A stretch of 61,684 bases of DNA, the filler included, from Choristocarpus tenellus KU-1152 (taxonomy: Eukaryota > Protista > Phaeophyceae), in the NCBI GenBank assembly GCA_964200185.2. It is 12 parts of 12 records of this genome, joined end to end, with 100 filler letters (N's around TTAATTAATTAA, not from the genome) between each part and the next. Parts side by side here need not be neighbours in the genome. Positions count along the whole stretch, not along the records: positions 38,892 to 42,680 come from CAXNAD020017909.1; positions 42,781 to 45,650 come from CAXNAD020024060.1; positions 45,751 to 49,289 come from CAXNAD020019377.1; positions 49,390 to 53,780 come from CAXNAD020014771.1; 8 more parts are not named here. One strand, written 5' to 3'. Position numbers and translations under genes: made by a program. The notes under the pieces are model-generated. The model saw only the letters and a list, made by a program, of their open reading frames with translations. It was not told the DNA's origin and made no database searches. This document shows positions 39,432 through 50,345 of the stretch, piece after piece (positions within the stretch are counted from its first letter, which is position 1; every line of letters starts with the position of its first letter).

Positions 39432-40643
39432 AGATTGGCCTGTGAAAGAGAGAGTTTATCCTCGCAGTGCCCTGTGTCAGGGCATTAGATTAATATATGT
39501 TTGCGTTATGATTGCTTCATGGCATCCGCCATTGTGCTTCGTCTTTATGTGTAACGTCAAGCCACGAGTATGCATGTTTGTATGACTTTGCTTTCTTGTT
39601 ATTTCATGTACTTTGTGTATTTTTTGTGTTTCAAGAGAAAAAAGTAGTCTGTGAGCTTTTTTTACTTGATTGTCAAGTCAATGCAGAGTGAGTACCGCAA
39701 GGTATGAGTGCCATCGCGGGATATCTATCTCCTACGGCAATGCTGGATAGAAGTTAGAGATCTTCTCAAAAGGATAAAGCAAAAACACACAAAATATGTA
39801 AAAAACAGAATGAAAAAAATGTTACAACATAGATAGGTTACTCCCTGTGTGATTCGTAAATACAGTTCAGTACCATCACTAGTGTCAAACGTTAGCCCGT
39901 CCACTAGTAATGGTTCCTTGGCTTGTACGTAAGTACCCACATGGCATGTTGTGCAGATTGAGACTGCTGTTTGTATCAGTATGAAAGAAGAGGAAAGAAA
40001 GAGATGGGAGCCTCACAAGATCCCCCTTTCTTTGCTGCACGTGACGGGGTGGTTGAAACGAGAGAAGGGTGGTGGTATCATTATAGATGGTGAGGCTTGG
40101 TTTAGCATCTGTTGCTTCTAGGAAGGAATCACCAAATCTGAACACTTACAACGTTTCTAGAAAACTCCATCAAGATATAGAACCATTTCTCAAACATATG
40201 GACATCAAAATCCAGAATTGATTCTCTTTAAACATCCCGCTAACATACGAACCATGAACCCGAATGATTTGGTTATATGTGGGAAGCGACCGGATGGGGC
40301 TGGGGCAGTGGTGGAGGAAGGCCACAACGGTACATAGGACAGGCAAGGGAGAGGAACGAACGACGATAGAGGATACAGGCCCGCTGCTGGAGTAGATGGA
40401 CAGGTTTCACGGGATGGTGAAGGTTTTACGGAGAGCGGGCCGCCCCCCCACAACCGGGATTTTTAGGAGACAAGTTGAGTCGGGACACGAGGTATCACTG
40501 GGACCTGATGACCAGCATCTCCTGCTGGGGACCCTAACCCACGCCCACCTCAAAAATCACACCACCTTACACTGGAATCTTGCCCTATCTACATTTCCCA
40601 GATACAATTGCCAGTATTCCCCTTCACCTGTCCACACACGCCT

Positions 40644-41735
40644 TTCAACTGGGCTGTGCCTTAGCCCTTTACCTCTGCGCCCGCCCCCCACACCCCATCC
40701 CATACCTCACCTACTGCGGCCCGGCAAAACCCTGGATTCTATTTCGCTGCCATGGAGAGGAATGTGAGAACCGAAGTCGTCCTTGTTAAAACATAGGCTA
40801 CTCATTTGTTTCTTGTTGATATGATACAAAAACTACCAGTTTGTATTGACTGTTGATTGGTGCACTGCTCTGGTCGTTATTATACATTTATTTATGGCGC
40901 ATCCCAACTCATCATCACATCGATGACAGTAGATAGAAGTATAGCATCAGTTGATATTCACTTGATACACGTCCCACACAGGAACATCATAGCACGCGTC
41001 ATCCAAGTTACTTCGGAACCTGTTCCAAGTGCATTCCACTGTCACCTTCTGTTCTTCTTTTCTCTTTGTTATTGTCTGTAATCTCTGTTCCTTTTTATAA
41101 GCATATAAGACCCCAGATGCAAGATAATTGTTGGTTATTACTTTTTCATTGGTTGCCATTGCCCCATTGAGCGCCTCATGCTCACTCTGCAATAGTGCCC
41201 CTAATGCACACTTGGATGTAATACATACAGAGTTAAAGTCATATACGGAAACCCTTGCCAGTCAAGGCAACAAGCCTCTCCACAGAGCATGGACTTCTTT
41301 CGTTGAGTATCTCATCAAATAACGCTGAAATCAAATCACATCATTCTTGACTGAGAGATTAATTGACTTCAGTTGCAATGGAACAAATACATCAATGATT
41401 TGCATCATAACCACATCTACTCATACCACGAACTACGTATTCTACTAATCGGTGCTTTACAACACCATGATTCCTCTTCACTCGTAGTCTACCCATTTCG
41501 CTTACATATACGATGCATTCGATTCAGGTTTCAACAGTCCTTGAATCCATCCGCACACGGTAATCCTCTATCCCTTCAACTGGGCTGTGCCTTGGCCCTT
41601 TACCTCTGCGTCCGCCCTCCAAACCCCATCCCATACCCCACCTATTGCGGCCCGGCAACCCCTGAATTCTATTTCGCTGCCATGGAGAGGAATGTGAGAA
41701 CCGAAGTCATCCTTGATTCCATCCGCACACAGTCG
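40644..41735 (+). repeat. Tandem duplication of a ~170-bp GC-rich unit; the first copy is split by a solo LTR
   Basis: 40644-40783 plus 41542-41560 matches 41574-41735 (TTCAACTGGGCTGTGCCTT...GAGAACCGAAGTC(G/A)TCCTTGA(A/T)TCCATCCGCACAC). Confidence 0.85.
40784..41536 (+). mobile_element. Solo LTR (753 bp) with perfect 5-bp target-site duplication GTCCT
   Basis: TGTT...AACA ends; GTCCT at 40779-40783 and 41537-41541. The interior matches reverse-strand copies at 48798-49250 and ~54210-54831. Confidence 0.88.
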
Positions 41736-42780
41736 TCCTCTACCTCTTTTGCCACCCCACCTATTCCCCTGCTCTCCATCCCACGCCCCCACCCTCCAGC
41801 CCCTTCCCTTCATCCCCTCCTTGACCAAGCTGCTTAGAGCCACTCTCCCCCTAGTGAGCTTACAGCCTGTTCAAATAATGCCACTGCAGCCCAAATCCAC
41901 CTTCTCTCATCAACAATCCAGGGCAGAACTTACACCCCACTCCCTCACCTCAAAGATCAGGGTACCCCTTCCCCCCAGACCCCAACCCATCCCCAGCATC
42001 CCTGACCCAGATTTGGAGCCAGACCTGGGCCCATTGACTGACTCACCAGTCCTGGAACCCTGTCCCAATCACCACCCTTTCACCCCCCGTGACACATACA
42101 GCATAACATCCGCCAGGATCATCTAGAACAGTGGGGCTCCCATAGCATCCTGGCTCTGTCCCCTCCTAATTTTTTAACACCATTGGCTTCCCATCCAATA
42201 CCTTATACCTTCCTTTCTTTTCCATGCCCACGAGGATGTGGGACCATGGGTTCGTGCTCCACCAAGCCCTCTGGGGAGTGTGGGGGAACAATACAGGGTC
42301 TGATCAAGTTCGCTCCCACTGGGAGTTCACCCCTGAAGGGACGGCATACATACCCCCCAACGATCGAGACTACCTCCTGGACATACACTCGCTCGGAGTG
42401 GCTGGAATTGGTGAGTCGGTCGTCCATACCAGTAATGCCTACCGTTCTGGCTACCCTCTCCTATTTCCCCCTTTCCCTATCCCATCTCCTCCCACCCTAC
42501 TCTCAACAGGGGGATCACCGCTTCCCATCCTTTTCCTCACTCCCTCCACCCTCCCCTCCATCCCCACCTCCCTCCCCAGAAAATCTGGGCCACCTACCCC
42601 CCTTCGCCCCCCCCCCACCCCCCTCCAGAAAAACTGAACCATCTACCCCCATATTCACGTCTGCCATGGGGTGTTCATACNNNNNNNNNNNNNNNNNNNN
42701 NNNNNNNNNNNNNNNNNNNNNNNNTTAATTAATTAANNNNNNNNNNNNNNNNNNNNNNNNNNNNNNNNNNNNNNNNNNNN

Positions 42781-43140
42781 AGAAAAGCTCGCGCTTTTCG
42801 CCTGTAACACAAGGACTCCGAAGCCCGAAAGAGGTAACGCATTTCCGGCGCTCAACGAGGAAATGTGATAGTAAGGGTTCTAACACTGTGAATCCTGTAC
42901 CTGTGTAGACCGTCAAACGGCACTTGAGATGGCAGCAGGATATGCAGTGGTCAAGTCAGAAACTGTGAGTAAATGGGAGAGAGACTTTCCTAACCAAGGG
43001 CCACAACAAGGTATCGGAGCAAGGGCACGATAAGAGGCGTTTCGTTCTCGGCCTCGATGAGGACATCCTTGCCGAGGTCAAAGAGTGGGTGCACGAACAC
43101 ACAGGAAGAAAGGGTGGGGAGGCTTTTTTCCCGTCTAAAC
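42781..43140 (+). mobile_element. IS630/Tc1-like transposase relic (N-terminal/HTH region)
   Basis: ETVSKWERDF.../SEQGHDKRRFVLGLDEDILAEVKEWVHEHTGRKGG, frameshifted. The downstream end at 43933-44001 matches the element end at 56536-56602. Confidence 0.5.
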
Positions 43141-44138
43141 CCTATACTTTAATCAAGCCATAGTGTATCTGTTCCCACTCTTGGTGACATACAATCCAGG
43201 GTTCGAATCCCAATATGACCGGTCTTTCTTCGAAAATCGAGAAAAAAGGCGAAAAAGAAAAACGAAGCCTGTACTCTGGAGGGTATTGTGTTACAGGCGA
43301 ATAACGCGAGCGTTTCTTCTTATATTTCAACGAAGTGCGAGCATTTGTTACACGCGAATAGCGCTAGCATTTTCTCCTCATGTTTTAGGAAATACGAACA
43401 TTTGTAACAGACGTATAGTGTGAGGATTGTTTCTCGAGTTCTGACAAGTACGAACTATATACGATATTAGTAACACATAGATAGGTAGCCTTACAGAATA
43501 AATGATTGTTTTGAGAAGATGCAGAGTAAGATTCGGAATACCTACGTAATATTACAGAGGAAAATGTCGAAGTCACTAAGAAGTTCAAGAATAAAGGCTT
43601 ATGATTGGAGTACCTATAGAGTAGTTGATAGAAGACCAACGGAATTGGGTCGATGATGAAAACAATAAGAGAGTTTTAGTGGAAACACTTTTACCTCCCC
43701 TATGGCCCAGTCCTTTTTATCTTTGAACAAAACATTGAGTCAAGCTTTGAGCTAAGCACTGAGTGGAGTATCAAGAGAAAGGGCTATCTGACACCCTACA
43801 AACCGTTGTAAAAGGCAACGTTCCCATAGCGCCGTTTTAAGGTCGTTGGATTTGAGTTGTACATCCTGTGGAGGTGAGTTCTGAGGGGCGCGTGTAACAT
43901 TTGTGACGGGCATCTTGAACATGCTTTATTTTTAAATCCAACGTCTACATCAAAAGTTATAACGGGACAACCCCAGAGGGCGAAGTTACTGGTAACACTA
44001 TAGGAATGAAATTTTTCATTTTATTTCCGAATGTATTTGTAGTATTTTGAAAAGACGTAAGACATGATTAGACAAGGATGTGACACAGAAGATGTACCAC
44101 ACTACATAACAGAAAAAAGGGTAAATACGCAAAATAAA

Positions 44139-44210
44139 ATCACGCTCCAGGTTTCGATCCTGGGACCTCGAGGTTATGAGCCTCACACGATTCCCCTTCG
44201 CCAAACGTGA
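44139..44210 (-). tRNA. tRNA-Met(CAT), initiator-like scaffold with atypical identity elements
   Basis: TCACGTT-TG-GCGAAGGGGAATCGT-G-TGAGG-CTCATAA-CCTCG-AGGTC-CCAGG-ATCGAAA-CCTGG-AGCGTGA-T. All four stems pair, the Pol III A and B boxes are intact, and TTTT follows immediately. Confidence 0.88.
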
Positions 44211-44689
44211 ACTTAGAGTTATCTATTTCTGGGTGATGCTTGTAGACACTATCTTTGTGTCGACTGACATTTTCCAGATAGTTGTTGATCTCACACCCTC
44301 GTTCCTCGGGGTTCACAGCCTTAACAGTGCCTGGGAGTAGTGTAGTGATAACTATCCCAACTTTGCGACCTTCTACTTGTCATCCTAGACGTTTTTCTCT
44401 TAAGGTTCTAAATGTTTATGGTGTATATCTTGGAAAAGGATCTTGTTCTTACATAGACAAACATCATGGAGGAAAGAAGGGGAAGAAAGTGGTTATGTTA
44501 TAAAGAAGAGGGTATTGAATTTTGTGAAATAGGTATTCTTATGAGGTCAAGGATGGGGGTGTTGGACCTGTGCTGAAATATGTGGCATCCAGAGGGAGGG
44601 AAATGTGTTTGACAAGGAAGGATAACTTACAGATTTCGATACACATTTCACTTAAACTGTGACAACGGATGTATGCAAATGGTGAGAGT

Positions 44690-45420
44690 ATTCAACGGCC
44701 ATGGACCACACGAGCATATGTGTCTTTGTTTCTACTCGTGCTTCTATGCCATAGATTTCAACGGTTGTCGATATGACCATTCAAACTGCTGTCTTTTCCT
44801 TTGTATCCTTCACATGTCTACTCATAGTCTAGAAAAACGCACATGACGTTTGCTGGATATCTCTGATGATATCGGGATTCAGGCTTTGCCCCTTCGACAT
44901 TCTAAACTTTAACCTGGCCATTTTTCACGAACAGAACAATTGGGTGTATCTTGGGTTAACATAAATGACCTCCTCGTCTACGGGCTGGCTATTGCTCTGA
45001 GAAGAAAGACAAGGATTCAAACGGCGGTGAATTGGGTAGGGTGAGCTAGAGATATTGATAGTTCGTCATTTATGGGTCATTTTTGCCGAGGGAGGGGTTC
45101 AAAGCATGTCTACAAGATGCAACAAGTTGTGATTTCAGTTCTCTCTGTCATGTAGCTTTTCTTGCAAGGTTCACGTTCGCTGGAATTTCTATATTCAAAA
45201 TACTGCATTTGTGCTGACCAAGTTTTGCAGTTGGTTGAGAGAAATTATCTCGCTTATCTCACCAACCCACTTGCCAGGTAGGGTGTGATCCACTATTTGA
45301 CTCGCAGGAGGAAGTCTTTGACGAGTTGGGTTTATTTTTCCAGGTCTTTCCGTCAAATTTCTGATGATGCTCATCCATGAACCTGGATTGAAAGGATTTA
45401 TGGAGGCAACCAATTTTCGG
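44690..45420 (-). pseudogene. Decayed intronless RecQ-like SF2 helicase fragment (motif II to V region)
   Basis: QIVDHTLPGKWVGEI..SLNQLQNLV, EEVIYVNPRY, CAFF*TMSRHVKD and TAV*MVISTT occur in RecQ motif II, IV, IVa and V order, with several stops. By-eye match. Confidence 0.45.
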
Positions 45421-45460
45421 CATCTTATGCACCCTTAGGGGTAGTGTCAGTCAAGCGACA

Positions 45461-45650
45461 GGCTCAAAGTATCTGGGGGGGGTGGTGACTGTCCATTTGG
45501 GACCCATTTTTCCATGTCGCGAGTTTTGGGTGATTTGGTCGCATACGTCGGATGGATAATGTGAGTTCACTTCTCCTGATCAGGGCCCGAATAGACACCC
45601 TGGTGTAGAACCCACCCACCCCCCCCCCCCCCCCACCCCCCCCCCCCCCC
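45461..45650 (+). mobile_element. MITE family A, near-complete copy ending in poly-C at the contig end. End fragments also at 18426-18467, 25764-25832, 29903-29953, 35956-35976, 38773-38791, 45751-45778, 49390-49477, 52829-52850, 53881-53922 and 58662-58700
   Basis: Recurrent GG(C/G)(T/C)CAAAGTATCTGGGGG / CCCCCAGATACTTTG(A/G)(G/C)CC termini. Confidence 0.85.
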
Positions 45651-47639
45651 NNNNNNNNNNNNNNNNNNNNNNNNNNNNNNNNNNNNNNNNNNNNTTAATT
45701 AATTAANNNNNNNNNNNNNNNNNNNNNNNNNNNNNNNNNNNNNNNNNNNNCCACACCCCCCCCGAGATACTTTGACCCTTCTGACACACCCGGTGTGTAG
45801 GGTTACGTACAGCGCACAGGGATAGCAGCTGACCAATTTGATCCTCGTGGAAGGGATACGCACCTGGTCTCCCTTGATGAAGAAAGTATGGTCTTCCCAA
45901 CCTCTTTCAAGACAGTTGTATGAAAAATTCTCAATTCTATACGGCGGAACAACCGTCCTTACTGAATTTTTTACCCCTAAGAACATAGTGGTATATGGTG
46001 GTTCCAAACAGGCTGGTTCGAGTGTTCCTCTTTCTCGGGAATCAAAAAGGAAATTTGGAGTGAGTTTTGCTCTTTACATATGTGTGGAAATTGAAACGAG
46101 GTCTGCAAATGACGTTGGAATAGAGAACAAATACAGACCCTACATACAAACAATTGAACAAAGAAAACTATAGATACAACTCTCCATCCTCTATTACTTC
46201 AATAGTGTGATAGGGACAAATTGTGGAGTACACATCTTTTTCCATATTTGCATATTTGAAGAATTATATTATAGTGCAGAAAAAAAATATCGTTTGTCAA
46301 ACCACACACATGACCAACCCCCCCACTCGTTCACTCACCCAACAACCAACCAAGGAGTCTCTCAAATATAGAGCATTCGTTGTCGCCATTCATGGAGAGA
46401 ACCATAACCATCGCACCACAGAAGTAGGATGGCCACCCGTCAGCTACTAGGGGACCTAGCTAACATGGGAAATGAACTCGTGGACTCCGGAGGGGTAGGC
46501 CCTGCGACATGCCAAGGGTAAGCCCACGCCTCCATCGCCGTTAGGCATACTTCAATGTAGCCTAGGTTTTATATACTTATGGCAATTAGGCTTAGCACTT
46601 AAACAATTAATGTAGTTATTTATATTATGCCATATGCTTCTCAAATCCAACTTTTACATCAGAATCAGAGACACATGGTGTTCACCAGTTACACCGTAGC
46701 TCAGAACTGGTGACACACACGTCCTCCCTTCAACAGCATGATGAAACCTCTCGATAGAGAACGGTACATCCGATACAACAATCCCGATACTATCGTTATT
46801 GACAATATTCCTACCGATATCTATACGCAGCCCTAACCCTGTACCTCAACCTCAACACCATCCCTGACCCTTACAATGCCAATGCCATGCCAACACATGT
46901 TTCACTCTTCCTTCATCAACCTAGTGCAACCTTTGGTGTACTTTGCCGTACGACAGAGTATACCAAAAGTGGACGGTGAACAGACTAAGATATTTGAAGG
47001 CACACTCCACCAATCCATCGTCCTTCATTGTCCAACAAATCAATCATATGTCTCCCATTCACTGTAGGGAAAGAGATACCAACTATGGTCCGTGCATCCG
47101 GGGATGTATGTAGAAGTACACTCCACCAAATGTTTGTTATTCCTTGTCCCAAAAACCAACCCTAGACCATAATTTGCAGTACCACAAAATACACTAAGTT
47201 GAAGTCAGCGCATACTCTAATATTTTCGGAGGTACAACCCACCAAATATTCCTCATTCATCATCTAAAAGAACGACCACAGTCTATAATCTGCCGTAGGA
47301 CAAACTTTCTCAATTCGCATTGTCCTATGTGCTTTACGAAATGTTTCTATAATATTTTTGATGTGGCACCGTGAGAATCGTCCATATGCATTTCTCAATC
47401 GACCACAAACCATCCGTTCACACTGCCTTCTATTTTACATAAGTTTGCCTACTGTCAAACTCACGCAGAACTTAAAGTTATTGATTTTTTCCCGTATCAA
47501 CGTCTGCCATATTCCAACCACTTCTTACACGAATAGCAAGCACATATCACCACAAAATATTTTGCATCGCATCGAATTGGTCACAATACGCTGCCTGAAT
47601 ACTAACCCTGACTCCAACACGTACCACCCTGCCCGTACA

Positions 47640-48313
47640 CACACCGACAGTATACCCTTAGGATTGGACGGATAAGGAAAGCAGACCGCACAGTAACACG
47701 TTTACAAATCTTCTACACATCGACACATTCAGAAGCCAGGAGATAGTTCACCTTCCAGCTTACGAGATCGACCGCACAGGACAACACGACCCACGTGTTC
47801 CCGACCTCTGTGGAATAAAGTCCATGCACAGGTTCTTCACTGGTCAACGTACCAACGGAGACTTCCGTACATTGATATACACCGAGATGTCGTGCTACTG
47901 TACGAACTGTCCCATCGGCAATCTAGCCTACTGCAAGTGGCAAGTAACCCACGTGCCCCTGCTTAAGGAGATAGATCTCGGATTTTCCACAGAAATAGGA
48001 GTAGGCGACATGTATCTGAGGAGCCAGCTGTCGAGAAAGAAGAGACAGCTTGCTGCAAGGAACATATGTAATTGTGCAAACGCAGCCATCATAGTACAAT
48101 GAGCTAGAGTTCTTGCTGTTCACTGTGCACCGGAAGGACACGGTTCAATGGAATGCTAGGCAACATTCCAGCTACGGAGGGATGTTCAGTGCTGGAGATG
48201 AGGTAGTCTTTGTTACTGAAGACTTCGAAGTGTTGAGTGCCAGCTTTGTTGATGGAGTGCCAACTATTTGCATGTCACCGACGGACAAGTTGAGAAACGC
48301 TTTTTATTGTTAG
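47640..48313 (+). mobile_element. Possible DNA transposase C-terminal relic (Sola2-like)
   Basis: EIDRTG...LCGIKSMHRFF...EMSCYCTNCPIGNLAYC, then EFLLF...YGGMFSAGDEVV. The region is intronless and frameshifted, and the catalytic core is not visible. Confidence 0.35.
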
Positions 48314-48797
48314 TTAGAAAGGGAACGGTATTCCACACGAATCAATCCGATCTGTTCATATACAAACATATTTCCAATAATGTTCCTTGACGTACAAATA
48401 ATCTTCCCATAATAACCAACCCTAACTTCCAAACCACAACTGTTCAAAGTATCATTTTATTGTCCTACTCCACAACCCCAATCCAAAGCTTTCACAGAAT
48501 ATTTAAAAACGTTCGTAGAGCCATAACCATATCCCATGCGTTCGTTTCGCTTCCAAATGTATCCTATATCCCGAATAATATCCCCCGTTTTTCACAACCA
48601 ACACATACACATATACAAGCAAACAAGGCCGTCGCTCGCAAACATGCCAACAGTCGCATATACTAACACCACCCCTACAACCAACATCTTCGTGGCGTTG
48701 CATGGCGTAACAACCGGGTCCCCGCATTGTGTCCCTTCAGGCTGTCATCATCCCGGACTTCTGCTCGCTTCTCAAGGTAACTCAGTCTTGGGGGCAC

Positions 48798-49250
48798 TGT
48801 TCAAACCTGAATCGAATGCATCGTACATGTAAGCAAAATGCGTAGACTACTAGCGATGAGGAATCATGTGTTGCAAAGCACCGATGAGTGATATGCGTAG
48901 TCTATGTTATGTGTAGGTGTGATTGTGCTGCAAAGCACCGATGTATTTATTCTGATGTAACTGAGATCATTGATCTTTCTTAGTCAAGAATAATGCGATG
49001 TGAATTCAGTGTTCTTTCATGTGATACTCAACAAAAGAAGTCCATGCTCTGTGGAGAGGCTTGTTACCTTGGCTGGCAAGGGTTTTCACGGATGGTTTTA
49101 ACTCTGATTATATTACACCCATGTGTGTGTTTGATACACATTTTGCAGAGTGGCGTTGGTGCAATTTGAGGCATCAATGGCAGTCACGAAAGAAATAATA
49201 ATGAACCATAAATGTACAAGTGAGAGTTTAAGAAGTAAACTGAGTTTTGT
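48798..49250 (-). mobile_element. Partial LTR, same family as 40784-41536
   Basis: Starts TGTTCAAACCTGAATCGAATGCATCG, the reverse complement of the LTR 3' end. It has a small internal duplication around GCAAAGCACCGATG. Confidence 0.8.
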
Positions 49251-49479
49251 GGGCGGGAGAATTCTGGTTGGCTGGGGGCACAGGACAAGNNNNNNNNNNN
49301 NNNNNNNNNNNNNNNNNNNNNNNNNNNNNNNNNTTAATTAATTAANNNNNNNNNNNNNNNNNNNNNNNNNNNNNNNNNNNNNNNNNNNNCGTGCGACCAA
49401 ATCCCACCAAAAAAGCGAAAACCGAAAAAAGGGTGAAAAACGGACGCCGACACCCCCCCCCCAAGATACTTTGACCCAA

Positions 49480-50345
49480 TCCCACTTCCTTGCCCCATCT
49501 TTGGTTGGCCTCCTCCCTCCTCTTGTTTTGCGGCATCTGCCCGTCTGCAAGCACCTCGGCATCCAGTCCTCTTGCCCTCTTGTTTCTCTTGTTCCACATC
49601 CAGGAGACTCCTTGCTAGGGGCATCGATAACTCAAGATTATCTTTTGAGTCTCGAAAATCGTCATGGACAGACTTCTCTGTGTCTAGTCCTCTTGATGTG
49701 GACGTCAACACTTTAATATTTATATTTCAAAGTATATAGATGTCAAGTGTTACACTGAATAGAAGGTCAAGTAATAAGATTTTCCTCGATTACGTTATCA
49801 GAAGTAGACACAATACATAGAACGAGATAGTTGAAATTAGAGCTGACCAATTGAACAAAACTTCTCAAAAAATGTAATTTTAAGGAAAGCCTAGAAAGCG
49901 AAAAAAAAGAACTTGATTATGTCCTTCCTCTACAATAGGACTACAGATTATAGTTTGAGGATCCGTCTCTACTGAGGGGAAGACCTTGAGGCCATGCAAG
50001 AGAGCGCTGACTGTCTTGCTTTGTGTATTGTGTGTACGCCAATGACTTTTGAGACCCTAGTGCTCCAGGCTATGGCTTTTGGGTCCCTCCCTTATGGGAA
50101 CAAGAAACCTTGTGAAGGTGCATACATAGTGGAGCGCTGGCCACCTTACTGTGTACAATGGGTTTCCCAAGTTTTATAAGGAGGTCCAACCTTGATCGCA
50201 CACTCACACTCGCTCTCTGTTTATGCTCTTGCTGTGTCTTCGCTCTCTCCTGTATTACCACTCTCCAGGTTTTGAAAGTCTCTCGCATCAAGGTGGCTAG
50301 ATCTTGTCTATGCCATTCACTACTACATTCCGAGGCCAGACAATC
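49480..50345 (-). CDS. Possible exons of a hypothetical gene
   Basis: Open, charged frames (WHRQDLATLMRETFKTWRVVIQERAK; LSMPLARSLLDVEQEKQEGK) with plausible splice sites. No family recognised. Confidence 0.3.

Noticed and set aside
17411-44210. Functional clustering of eIF2-beta with the initiator-like tRNA, or of GH81, M32 and PP2C
   Set aside because: They lie on different, arbitrarily concatenated contigs.
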